A stretch of 53,831 nt of DNA, from NCBI GenBank assembly GCA_026713605.1, contig JAPOOC010000004.1, forward strand, positions 1 to 53,831, given 5' to 3'. This stretch comes from Candidatus Kaiserbacteria bacterium. Lineage in GTDB: Bacteria; Patescibacteriota; Minisyncoccia; Phycocordibacterales; JABAAK01. Of the stretch, positions 1-9,210 are shown piece after piece; the stretch's first letter is position 1, and each line of letters opens with the position of its first letter. A model generated the notes under the pieces. It did no database searches, was not told the DNA's origin, and worked only from the letters and a program-made list of their open reading frames with translations. The position numbers were made by a program, and so were the translations under genes.

Positions 1-113
1 GGGAATCGAACCCCCTGTTTTTGGCTCTGACAAAAACCTGACTACCAGACCGCCGTGAAAGGCGGAAACCAAAGTGGTAGGAATTGATCAGGCGCAACAG
101 CGCGCGGTAATAC
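1..113 (-). ncRNA. tRNA-like structured element (T-arm plus stacked hairpins), truncated by window edge
   Basis: Minus strand ends GGGGG-TTCGATT-CCC (T-arm). It is preceded by hairpin GTTTTTG/CAAAAAC and a long stem CCTGA/TCAGG + CTACCA/TGGTAG enclosing CCGCC-TTTCAC-GGCGG. No canonical D-arm is seen. Confidence 0.4.
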
Positions 114-117
114 TGGG

Positions 118-189
118 TGACCCCACGGGGAATCGAACCCCGGTTTCCGCCGTGAAAGGGCGGCGTCCTAGCCGCTAGACGATGGGGCC
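118..189 (-). tRNA. tRNA-Glu (TTC)
   Basis: Reverse complement GGCCCCATCGTCTAGCGGCTAGGACGCCGCC-CTTTCAC-GGCGGAAACCGGGGTTCGATTCCCCGTGGGGTCA folds as a cloverleaf, anticodon TTC. Confidence 0.95.
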
Positions 190-341
190 AGTAAACAAAG
201 TATAGTATATACCACATCCCGACCATGCCCCACACTGCATTAGATTATCGGCTGAGATGCAACAAGTGCAGTATACATCTGAGCAGAAGTGAAGAATGTG
301 TGGTACGCTATGTGCAGAAGATAAGGAAGGGAGGGGAGAGA

Positions 342-635
342 ATGAAAGACGACCACAATGAACAACGCGACACTTCCTGCGGCACGGTAAGAGAGGGCTA
401 TATTTCCCAAATCATTTCATTCGTCTACTTAATCCGTGAAGCAAAGATTTATAGTAGCGCTATGGGAATAGATGACTGCATGGTTTTGTTTGAAAAAAAC
501 AATGCAAAAAAAATCATCATTGATTTTCATGAGCAATACTTACACCACATCCGCACAAAATCAAATGATTTTTATGGTGCGGATTCCCGCAAGCTCTTTA
601 AGGAACTCTTAGAGGTTTTAGGAATGAGGGAGTGA
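342..635 (+). CDS. hypothetical protein (about 97 aa)
   Basis: ORF between two tRNAs; the ATG at 342 follows a purine-rich GGAGGGGAG; no recognisable motif. Confidence 0.55.
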   Translation: MKDDHNEQRDTSCGTVREGYISQIISFVYLIREAKIYSSAMGIDDCMVLFEKNNAKKIIIDFHEQYLHHIRTKSNDFYGADSRKLFKELLEVLGMRE

Positions 636-718
636 GTTCAATAGGGGCATGACCAGAAAGCCGTGCTCCTATTTTTATAAAACAAACACACAGCATCAAG
701 AGTGCTTAGCGATACAGG

Positions 719-792
719 TGCGAATGGTAGGACTCGAACCTACGACCTCTCCATTATCAGTGGAGTGCTCTAACCACCTGAGCTACATTCGC
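719..792 (-). tRNA. tRNA-Ile (GAT)
   Basis: Reverse complement GCGAATGTAGCTCAGGTGGTTAGAGCACTCCA-CTGATAA-TGGAGAGGTCGTAGGTTCGAGTCCTACCATTCGCA, anticodon GAT. Confidence 0.95.
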
Positions 793-1075
793 ATGGTATA
801 TAGTATATAACAAAAGCACACTTTTTGTGTTTGTCCATAGCAGATTACCCTGAATTGCAATAAGTTCAGTATACACCCGCAATACCAATGCGTAGGTAAT
901 GACATTGCCTCAATGGTTAGGCGGGGAAATTGGATAAACACCCAAAACAGATGGAGTGAGAATCTAATCGCTCGCAAGGTACTGTGGTACACTATAGATA
1001 GAAGCGTGCAACTAGCGAAAGGTACAATGGTAACGCCATGAGCTGTATTGATTGAAAACAAAAGGAGGAACAAAA

Positions 1076-2404
1076 ATGAAAACTATCTTGACGGTACTTT
1101 TCACATCCATATTCGTGTCCGCCGCACTAGCACACACAGACCCCATCACATCCATTGGCTTGAGGGTGCTTGAAGACCACGGAGTACAGAAGAGAGTGGT
1201 TGACGGAGAGACGACAGAGTTGGATTGGCATACCCTCTCATACACTGCCGTAGGGACAAGTGAGGAGACCGAGTTCTCTACGCCGCGACAAACAAGCGGA
1301 CATTGGCATCCTGAGAAAACGAACAAGAGAGTATATCAACACACTGATACCCATGCGCATAGTGAGGTAAACCATGCGCATGACAACTATGTGAGTCACA
1401 CGCATCCAGGCGTTGACGGATACCCACATTTTCATTCGGAAAGTTGGAAGGAGCATTATCACCACGATCATGCTGGTGTTGAAATTAAAATAGAAGTTGC
1501 CGATCCTGTCGTGGGCAAGGTGGAAAATGACCCTGCGGTAAAGATTGGACTCGGCACAATAGCACCGCCGGGGCAGGTCCCCAGCCCTGACACACGACCA
1601 AGCGCTGAAACGCCACCTACACCGACAACAGAGACAGCGCCACAGCCGACGGGAACAGCAGCCGAGGACACTTCAACGACAATCGTTCAGTCAGCAGTGG
1701 ACACACAACCGACAGGAAGGGTGCAACCCACAGCGGAAACGCCGACAGCAGGTGCGACACCACAGCAGGGACCACATCCTACGGAGCAAAGCGAGCCACC
1801 AACTCCTGAACCTCAAAGTCCTCTAATAGTGACAGAGTACATGGTTCGGGATTGGTCGATGTTCGGCGGGGGCGGCCAACCACAGTGGGTGGAGGTATAT
1901 AATCCAAATGACACCCCGGTAAACCTTGACGGGTATGTATTTCAATATGCAGCTCGCAAGTTTATCAATCACCCGGTTAAGATCATGAGCGTTGCAATCG
2001 GTGAAGGGGAAATAGAGGGTTACGGCACTGCGATTTTTGCTACCAGCAAGATCAGATTCACAAAATACAGACAAGCGGGCATCAGTGAATCTCAGGTATA
2101 TGCACTGCAGATGCCCAATGTCTTGAAAAGAGGGTGGTGTATCAAAGATGCACAAGGAGAGATCGTTCACGCGATAGGAGAAGCGTTCGACTCTTTGTAT
2201 AGACCTGTCGCGCCACTACATCAAGAGGGTGGCAAGCGAGTATCCCATCATGTGGTACAAAGCGAACCGCCTGCAGATGACTACTATTACGGTAGTCGGG
2301 TTGACATCGGACACCCTGGATTTCACGAACCCATGGTCCCGAAAGCACCCACCGCACCCAAAGTCAAAAAGATTTTGACATGGGGGTCGCTTAAAAAGAG
2401 GTGA
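1076..2404 (+). CDS. secreted protein: signal peptide, His-rich region, Pro/Thr linker, lamin-tail-like domain, C-terminal TWGxLK motif
   Basis: SD AAAGGAGG at 1061; signal peptide ending ALA; LIVTEYM...PQWVEVYNP..VNLDGY resembles a lamin-tail domain; ends KILTWGSLKKR. Confidence 0.8.
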   Translation: MKTILTVLFTSIFVSAALAHTDPITSIGLRVLEDHGVQKRVVDGETTELDWHTLSYTAVGTSEETEFSTPRQTSGHWHPEKTNKRVYQHTDTHAHSEVNHAHDNYVSHTHPGVDGYPHFHSESWKEHYHHDHAGVEIKIEVADPVVGKVENDPAVKIGLGTIAPPGQVPSPDTRPSAETPPTPTTETAPQPTGTAAEDTSTTIVQSAVDTQPTGRVQPTAETPTAGATPQQGPHPTEQSEPPTPEPQSPLIVTEYMVRDWSMFGGGGQPQWVEVYNPNDTPVNLDGYVFQYAARKFINHPVKIMSVAIGEGEIEGYGTAIFATSKIRFTKYRQAGISESQVYALQMPNVLKRGWCIKDAQGEIVHAIGEAFDSLYRPVAPLHQEGGKRVSHHVVQSEPPADDYYYGSRVDIGHPGFHEPMVPKAPTAPKVKKILTWGSLKKR

Positions 2405-2475
2405 AGCATTCCCCCATCTTTGCACGCATCGGCGACAGTCGGTGAGTCGCAATCGTTTCTTTTCAATTAACACAA

Positions 2476-2507
2476 GGGCGCAACGCATGTTGCGCCCACT
2501 TTTATTT
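2476..2507 (+). terminator. intrinsic terminator hairpin
   Basis: GGGCGCAAC-GCAT-GTTGCGCCC followed by ACTTTATTT, between convergent genes. Confidence 0.65.
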
Positions 2508-2531
2508 CCTCTGCTGTACAACAAATCTTTA

Positions 2532-3947
2532 CTATGTACCCCTCTTTTTCACCACCGTACTGATACCATTAGCATCTATAACTTCATAGCCGAGTTCGTT
2601 AATACGAGTACGAAGTGCATCAGCGGTTGAATAATCCTTGTCGGCGCGAGCGGTATTGCGCTGAACGAGGAGATCTTGAACCTCCGGCGGGATTATCACC
2701 TGCTTACCCCTCTGCTTCGGGCGACAGAGAATGCCGAGTACACGATCCGCATAGCGGAGCGTGTTTCTTTTGCTAATAGGGGTAAGGGAAGTGTCACGGA
2801 GGATAGCATGTACCGTTGCCAGCACCTTTGCAGTGTTAAGGTCATCCGCAATAGCGGCATCAACTGCCGCACAATGCGCCGCATTGCGTTCAACATTGAG
2901 ATACGAAAGGAGGGAGTGGGGAAGGGCAGCGTACTCCTTGTGCAGACGAAACAGCGCCGTTTGGGCAGAATCAAGCGCTGCAAAAGAAAATGAGAGAGGA
3001 GTACGATACGATGCTTGCAGGAAGAGGTAGCGAAGAGCAAGTGGGTGGTACTCACGCTGCTCAAGGTCGTCAATAGTGTAAGTATTGCCAAGTGATTTTG
3101 ACAACTTCTCGCTACCCATAGTGAGAAAGGCGACATGCATCCAAAGGTTTGCAAACACAGTATCAGACGCACCTTCACTCTGAGCGATTTCATTATTGTG
3201 ATGCACGGCAATGTGATCCATACCACCGGTGTGGATGTCAATAGTCGTGCCGAGCAGTTTCATCGCCATCGCAGAACACTCTATATGCCAGCCAGGAAAG
3301 CCACGACCCCAAGGCGAATCCCATTCCTGCTGGCGAGTCACCCCGTCTGGCGTCCGCTTCCAAAGAGCAAAATCATGCGGGTGTTTTTTGCCGGCAACGC
3401 GCTGTATGCGCGCATGCTCATCACTTTCTTCAGTGTTCGGCAATCCGAGCGCACCGTAGGGTTTGTACGCCTGCGTGTCAAAGTAGATACCATCCGCAAT
3501 GTCATAGGTATATCCTTTTTGTTCCAACTGCTGTGTCAGCGCTATTTGCTCCTGGATATAGTGCGTGGCACGAGGAAAGCGATAACGGTTTGTTTTGATA
3601 TTCAATTTTTTTAAGTCAGCGAGAAAGAGGTCGCCAAAGCGGGCAGTGATTGCTTCTGCCGCCTGGTTTTCCTGCGCCGCCTGCTTCTCCACCTTATCTT
3701 CACCAGCGTCAGCATCATCAGTGAGATGCCCGACATCAGTAAAGTTGATAACATGGTTTGGGGAGTAACCAAAATGGCGCAACGCACGATGTAAAGTATC
3801 AGCAAACACATACGCGCGCATGTTGCCAATGTGTGCCGCTTGGTAGAGGGTTGGTCCGCAAGAATAAATACACACTTGTCGCCCGACGAGCGGAGTGAGC
3901 GGACGCAATGTTTTGGTTTGAGTGTCGTAGAGTTCAATAAGACGCAT
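2532..3947 (-). CDS. cysS: cysteine--tRNA ligase
   Basis: YSCGPT, HIGN, DFALWK, PWGRGFPGWHIECSAM, KLSKS motifs; start taken at MRLIELYDT. Confidence 0.97.
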   Translation of the reverse strand: MRLIELYDTQTKTLRPLTPLVGRQVCIYSCGPTLYQAAHIGNMRAYVFADTLHRALRHFGYSPNHVINFTDVGHLTDDADAGEDKVEKQAAQENQAAEAITARFGDLFLADLKKLNIKTNRYRFPRATHYIQEQIALTQQLEQKGYTYDIADGIYFDTQAYKPYGALGLPNTEESDEHARIQRVAGKKHPHDFALWKRTPDGVTRQQEWDSPWGRGFPGWHIECSAMAMKLLGTTIDIHTGGMDHIAVHHNNEIAQSEGASDTVFANLWMHVAFLTMGSEKLSKSLGNTYTIDDLEQREYHPLALRYLFLQASYRTPLSFSFAALDSAQTALFRLHKEYAALPHSLLSYLNVERNAAHCAAVDAAIADDLNTAKVLATVHAILRDTSLTPISKRNTLRYADRVLGILCRPKQRGKQVIIPPEVQDLLVQRNTARADKDYSTADALRTRINELGYEVIDANGISTVVKKRGT

Positions 3948-4003
3948 ACAAAATGTGGACTGAGTAGTATACTTAGTATGCCATAATGCTATACTTAATA
4001 TAT

Positions 4004-5680
4004 ATGAGCGAAACAAAGAAACGCACAACGAAAAAAACGGCCGCAAAAAAAGTCGTGCGCAAAAGGGCAAAGAAGAAAACAGCGACAACAACACGAAGAA
4101 CGCGGGCAAAAAAAAGTGCCGTTAAAAAAACAAAAAAGACAGCAAGAAGTGTGGGAGTAGAAGTACCAATACAGCGCGACAAGGAGAAAGGCGGCATCCC
4201 AAGCAACGGCGATGAAATGTCTATTACCAGAAAGATGTTGACCGAAACAGGATCAAAAAGGCGGATCAGTTTGCAACAGTGTATGAGCGGCCTATATCGA
4301 GTTGCCCGCGCATGCCAGCCGAGGAGTACCGCCGGTGCCATCGGCATTTTCCTCTTGGGAGTACTGATTGGTATTTTTGCACTAATCGGCACAGTATATG
4401 TCAGCAAAAACGGTACGCTGCTTCGGCTACTGGTCGGTGCTGAAGTACTAGACATTAACGGAGTTGCGATACGAGTGGAAGAGGAGATTGATTCTTCATT
4501 TAGAAACCTGCTCGCCAGCGATGTACCAAGCGACTTTAAAGATGTTAACCTGCATGACTTTTGGCAAGTGTGGCGACTCATCGAAGAATCATATGTGCCA
4601 CCACCCGAAAAAGTGACGAATGGGATTGCCACAGAAGGCGACGATATACTCAGCCGAGACGCGCTGATTACCGGCGCTATAAAGGGGCTAACGCTCGCAA
4701 CCAAAGATCGGTATACAAACTTCTTCCTCCCAAAAGACGCTGATGACTTTGAGGATGAAGTACTCAATGGCGAAATTGACGGCATCGGTGCCTACCTCAC
4801 CATCAATGATAACGATGTGCTTGAAGTGGCAAGACCAATTGACGATGGCCCCGCCGACAAGGCAGGACTACGCGCCGGCGATCTCATTATGACAATTGAC
4901 GGTGTAGACAGTTCAGAATACAACTTATCCGAGGCGGCAGACAACATTCGCGGACCACGAGGCACAACAGTAATACTAGAGATTTACCGACCAATTCTTG
5001 AAGAAGATTTAGAAATCGCCATCGTCAGGGATCGGGTAGAAATCCCGACCGTGGAGACCGAGGTGCGGGACGGTGTGTTTATAATAAAGCTCTCAACCTT
5101 TACCAAGATCACCCCGAAAGCATTTGCGGCAGCACTGCAGGAGTTTGTGGAAACAGCAAACGCTGGCGGCCCAAACCGCATCCTTCTGGATATGCGTGGC
5201 AACATGGGGGGCATTTTGTCAGTGTCGGTGTATGTCGCCGGACTATTCCTGCCACCAGAATCTCCCGTTCTCTATGAGTACGCAGGTACAGAAAAATTGA
5301 AGGTATACAAAACAGAAGAGCCGGCATTCCAAAACGGCGTTCTGCCAAAAATAACCATACTCGTTGACGGCGCAACCGCATCAGCAGCAGAGATATTAGC
5401 AGAAGCGTTACGACACTACGATGTCGCAGACATTGTCGGCACAAAAACCCTCGGAAAAGGATCAGTCCAGGCGATAAGACCGGTCGGTAGCGATAACGCA
5501 CTCCTCAAGATAACCGTCGCGCACTGGCTCACACCGGCAAAAGAATCAATCGGCGGGGAAGGGGTTACCCCTGATGTAGATTATCAAGAAGAGTTAGAGA
5601 ACCTATACAAAGAAGACCCTGAAACAGACACCGACGAAGTCGCCCTCAAAAAGGCGATAGCACACCTCATGCAGAAGTAA
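4004..5680 (+). CDS. ctpA: S41 family carboxy-terminal protease (PDZ) with Lys-rich N-terminal extension
   Basis: TM helix, PDZ (GIGA...PADKAGLRAGD), LDMRGNMGG, TASAAE, GKGSVQ. Confidence 0.9.
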   Translation: MSETKKRTTKKTAAKKVVRKRAKKKTATTTRRTRAKKSAVKKTKKTARSVGVEVPIQRDKEKGGIPSNGDEMSITRKMLTETGSKRRISLQQCMSGLYRVARACQPRSTAGAIGIFLLGVLIGIFALIGTVYVSKNGTLLRLLVGAEVLDINGVAIRVEEEIDSSFRNLLASDVPSDFKDVNLHDFWQVWRLIEESYVPPPEKVTNGIATEGDDILSRDALITGAIKGLTLATKDRYTNFFLPKDADDFEDEVLNGEIDGIGAYLTINDNDVLEVARPIDDGPADKAGLRAGDLIMTIDGVDSSEYNLSEAADNIRGPRGTTVILEIYRPILEEDLEIAIVRDRVEIPTVETEVRDGVFIIKLSTFTKITPKAFAAALQEFVETANAGGPNRILLDMRGNMGGILSVSVYVAGLFLPPESPVLYEYAGTEKLKVYKTEEPAFQNGVLPKITILVDGATASAAEILAEALRHYDVADIVGTKTLGKGSVQAIRPVGSDNALLKITVAHWLTPAKESIGGEGVTPDVDYQEELENLYKEDPETDTDEVALKKAIAHLMQK

Positions 5681-5807
5681 AATGCTACAAAACCGCCAAA
5701 ACCCCTTATGCATAGGGTAAAATAGGAGGTATTTAGGTATATACACTATCATCACTGAACATTTTCCCGCAAAAAGTGCAATATGTCCTTGCACATTACC
5801 TTGTAAC

Positions 5808-5836
5808 TTGCTTTTTTTGCTATTTTATGGTATTAT
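5808..5836 (+). promoter_or_regulatory. sigma70-type promoter
   Basis: TTGCTT-17nt-TATTAT with extended TG, followed by leader stem ATTTGTAATG/CATTACAAAT. Confidence 0.55.
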
Positions 5837-5968
5837 ATCATTAAGTATAATTTGTAATGGAATGGGGTTTGTGCATATCCCCCGCTTTGAACATTACAAA
5901 TCATCAAAAAACTTTGCCCTCAAAGAGGGCACTACCATGGCAAGCGAGTGCAAAGACCGCTCACACCC

Positions 5969-6238
5969 ATGGTGACTTCCGCCCTCCATCAGGAGGAAGT
6001 GGTCGCCAAGAGCGGCGACCTAGTCGCCATCGGAAGGCCAGCACAGAACGAAGTGCAGGTCTTCCGCCGCCGCAAGTCGGAAGAAGGAGGGCTAACCCTC
6101 CTTGAAACGATAAACCCCACCGACCAAAATACTCGGGGCTTCGGCTCCGAGGTCTCGTTGGTTTATGCCAGCGAGGGCTGGTGGGTAACGATCTACTCTC
6201 TGACGGGAGAGGCCCTCTCTAAGAGGGTCGAGGAGTAG
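5969..6238 (+). CDS. small protein resembling a single FG-GAP repeat blade
   Basis: GDLVAIGRP...VQVF...LLETINP.D...GFGSEVSL pattern; C-ending codons; own promoter and terminator. Start uncertain. Confidence 0.6.
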   Translation: MVTSALHQEEVVAKSGDLVAIGRPAQNEVQVFRRRKSEEGGLTLLETINPTDQNTRGFGSEVSLVYASEGWWVTIYSLTGEALSKRVEE

Positions 6239-6240
6239 AC

Positions 6241-6278
6241 AAAAAAGCCGTGTGCTGTACAGCACACGGCTTATTTTC
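6241..6278 (+). terminator. intrinsic terminator
   Basis: AAGCCGTGTGCTG-TA-CAGCACACGGCTT-ATTTT. Confidence 0.75.
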
Positions 6279-6384
6279 ATACACAACATCGCACGAACAA
6301 CCAGTTATACACATAGTACACATATTTCCACGACGGAACCAGTAGTGTAGCGATATATGAGTAATGACGCGTGGTACTATGCTG

Positions 6385-6939
6385 ATGATGCAGTATGATT
6401 TCAGTAGCTTTTCTGAACGAGAGGAAGAGGCGCTCAAGTGGCTGAGTGCCGAGTATGTCCAGATACAGTCGGGAAGGATAACGACAGCACTACTAGATCG
6501 AGTTACCGTTTCCGCATACGGCGCGAAAACTGCGCTGAACCACTGCGCCACCATCGCAGTGGAGGACGCAAAGACACTAACGGTCACACCGTATGACCCG
6601 ACACTACTACCTGACATAGAAGCGGCACTGCGGGAGCAAGCGCCATCGGTGAGCGTGGCAGTCGGCGAGACAACAGTACGGGTAATAACCCCTGACTTGA
6701 CCGGCGAACGACGAGCAATGTTAGAGAAAACCGCACGAGAGCGAATGGAGGAAGCGAAACAGTCCATTCGTGGCGGACGGGAAAAAATATTATCAGACAT
6801 GAAACAAAAAAAGGCAGACGGAGCACTGTCGGAAGATGAAGAATTTACAATAAAAAAAGAGTTGCAAGAGAAAATTGACACAGCAAACAAAAAAGTGGAA
6901 GAGATGTGTGAAAAAAAAGTGCAGGACATACAGGTATAG
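6385..6939 (+). CDS. frr: ribosome recycling factor
   Basis: IQSGR...LLDRVTVSAYG...PDLTGERR...ARERMEEAKQSIR pattern. Confidence 0.92.
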   Translation: MMQYDFSSFSEREEEALKWLSAEYVQIQSGRITTALLDRVTVSAYGAKTALNHCATIAVEDAKTLTVTPYDPTLLPDIEAALREQAPSVSVAVGETTVRVITPDLTGERRAMLEKTARERMEEAKQSIRGGREKILSDMKQKKADGALSEDEEFTIKKELQEKIDTANKKVEEMCEKKVQDIQV

Positions 6940-6942
6940 CGT

Positions 6943-8109
6943 ATGGCAAACACTGCAAAAGAAAAAAGAGAGATTGGGAGCAAAGGACTGGATTTACTAC
7001 AGAAACAAAAACTCTACCAACGCGTGGTATTAGGGAGAAAGCCACCAGAGACAGCGCAAGCAAGACAGCCGAAAGCACCACCAAAAAAGAAAACAACACC
7101 CGTACTCAGAGCGTTTGGGAACCATATAGGCATTGACCTCGGCACTGCAACAACAGTGGTGTATGTGGAGGGCAAGGGGGTAGTGATGCGAGAGCCAACA
7201 CTCGTCGCGGTGAACAGACGGACAGACCAAGTAGTTGCTATGGGGAAACGAGCGCGACAAATGATCGGGCGGACACCAGAGCATATAGAGGTAATACAGC
7301 CGATACAGTTGGGTGTCATCAATGACTATGAAATAACCGAACAGTTGTTTGAGCACATCTTTAGAAAGGTGCAGGATGCGTCACCAAAGATCTTCAGCCC
7401 TTCAGTAATCATCGGTGTCCCATGCTGCACCTCACAGGCGGAAATAAATGCAGTGCGAGATGCGGTTATTGATGCAGGTGCACGACGAGTGGGAATTGTG
7501 TATGAACCATTCGCGGCAGCAGTCGGCATAGATTTGCCATTAGTGGGAGAGACGGCAGTTATGGTAATTGACATCGGTGGTGGCACCAGTGACACAATGA
7601 TTCTTGCCGGAGGAGAAATAGTCGCCTCAGACAGCATACGGCTTGCGGGTGATGCGTTTGACAAGGCAATCGTTGAAGGATTAAGAGAGAAGAAGCAAAT
7701 TATCATCGGAGAACGAACTGCAGAAGACCTAAAGGTCGCAACGATGCAATCAGCAAATGAGCAAAAAGTATTCAGCGTGCAAGGAAGAAGTAGTAGCACC
7801 GGATTACCACTTGAAGCAGATGTCTCTTTTGATGAAATTGTTCGGTTTCTTGACCCATGTCTGGGAAAGATCGTTGAGTATGTCGGAACATTTGTCGGGC
7901 GGTCATCACCAGAAGTGCAGGCGGACTTGAAAAATAATAACATCTATTTTGTCGGCGGCGGACCAGCAATACACGCCTTTCCAAGAAAGATTGAAGAAGC
8001 ACTTAATTTGCGTATCGTCGTACCAGAAAACGCAACCGGTCTCGTTGCACGCGGCACCGCACTGATCGCACAAAGCCCTGAACAGTATGAAAAATACTTT
8101 CTCTCATAA
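6943..8109 (+). CDS. mreB: rod shape-determining protein MreB (N-terminal extension)
   Basis: IGIDLGT, EPTLVA, EPFAAAVG, DIGGGTSD, IGERTAE. Confidence 0.93.
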   Translation: MANTAKEKREIGSKGLDLLQKQKLYQRVVLGRKPPETAQARQPKAPPKKKTTPVLRAFGNHIGIDLGTATTVVYVEGKGVVMREPTLVAVNRRTDQVVAMGKRARQMIGRTPEHIEVIQPIQLGVINDYEITEQLFEHIFRKVQDASPKIFSPSVIIGVPCCTSQAEINAVRDAVIDAGARRVGIVYEPFAAAVGIDLPLVGETAVMVIDIGGGTSDTMILAGGEIVASDSIRLAGDAFDKAIVEGLREKKQIIIGERTAEDLKVATMQSANEQKVFSVQGRSSSTGLPLEADVSFDEIVRFLDPCLGKIVEYVGTFVGRSSPEVQADLKNNNIYFVGGGPAIHAFPRKIEEALNLRIVVPENATGLVARGTALIAQSPEQYEKYFLS

Positions 8110-8122
8110 ATTTTGAACCGAT

Positions 8123-8938
8123 ATGCAAAAACAAAAGCAGACAACAAGCAAGGTCAGCTATATACTGACAGCACTCATTCTGGCAACCTACATACTCTTC
8201 CCAGCGTGGTACCGGGCAATTTCACAGAAACTATTCAGCACAATATATACCCAGCACGCGCAAGTGTCGCAGGGCAGGGTACCCGCCGCCAGTGATAGAG
8301 CAGTAACAAATCCCGACCTGCTGCCAATCTCTGTCATAGTCCGCCCACCACAAACACCATACGACTATGTAATCACCACCACGCCAGAGCAGTATCAGCA
8401 AACAGCACACGAGGAGGGAGTGCGGTATGTGTACGACACAGCAACAAGACCAGTCGGTTTCGTGGAAAAGGCATACCCATCGTTACTCATCGTCTCATTA
8501 TTCAGCGCCCCGGGGGGCAACGAGAAGTTTTCAGTAAACGGCTATGTTACTCGTGGCAGAGGAGAAGGCGGCGGCAGTTTCTCTCTGCAAGTCCCCATAG
8601 ATATGGCAGTCACGGTCGGCGCACCGATTGTACACCAAGCGACCGGAAAGGTAGTCAGCACCGCCGTCAGCATCAAGCGTATTCCGGAAAAGAATGTGCA
8701 ACAAGTTATCGGCGTGCTGGGGAGCAGTCCCTTACAAATGGCGACACTGTACATACCACGCAAGCAGAATACCGCACCATCACGCAAGACACTTGACTCA
8801 GCAATTGAAGCGGCACACAGTAGGGCAGAAGATGCACAGCAGGAGCAGGAAAAGCAAGAAGAGCAGGGAACAAACAAAACACCAGAGCAACACGCCACCC
8901 CACCACAAGCCACCCCAGAAGAGCAGGGATCAGAATAA
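8123..8938 (+). CDS. mreC: MreC-like protein
   Basis: N-terminal TM; VIVRPPQTPYD and GRGEGGGSF as in CPR MreC; sits between mreB and mrdA. Confidence 0.7.
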   Translation: MQKQKQTTSKVSYILTALILATYILFPAWYRAISQKLFSTIYTQHAQVSQGRVPAASDRAVTNPDLLPISVIVRPPQTPYDYVITTTPEQYQQTAHEEGVRYVYDTATRPVGFVEKAYPSLLIVSLFSAPGGNEKFSVNGYVTRGRGEGGGSFSLQVPIDMAVTVGAPIVHQATGKVVSTAVSIKRIPEKNVQQVIGVLGSSPLQMATLYIPRKQNTAPSRKTLDSAIEAAHSRAEDAQQEQEKQEEQGTNKTPEQHATPPQATPEEQGSE

Positions 8939-8943
8939 CTACC

Positions 8944-9210
8944 ATGCAAGCCATACACACGAAAATTATCGGATGCATACTATTCGCCATAGGGGTCATA
9001 ATGGCACCACTCATACCGTTTTGGGGCTTATTAGGTATACCACTACTCTTACTGTGGCGCGGCTTACCAGTACACGCAGTGCTATTCTCAGTACTCGTTG
9101 ACTCATTCTTGGCACCCGGAGGGATGTTGCCAATAGGGACATCACTCACCCTATACACCACACTTTCCCTGCCGCTGTGTCTCTACATACGATATACTAC
9201 TACCTTATGA
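8944..9210 (+). CDS. small membrane protein in the mreD position
   Basis: Three hydrophobic segments; synteny between mreC and PBP2. Confidence 0.6.
   Translation: MQAIHTKIIGCILFAIGVIMAPLIPFWGLLGIPLLLLWRGLPVHAVLFSVLVDSFLAPGGMLPIGTSLTLYTTLSLPLCLYIRYTTTL

Noticed and set aside
840-975. Possible multi-stem RNA between tRNA-Ile and the 1076 gene
   Set aside because: Stems are short (ATTACC/GGTAAT, CTGAA/TTCAG) and match no riboswitch or ribozyme core I recognise.
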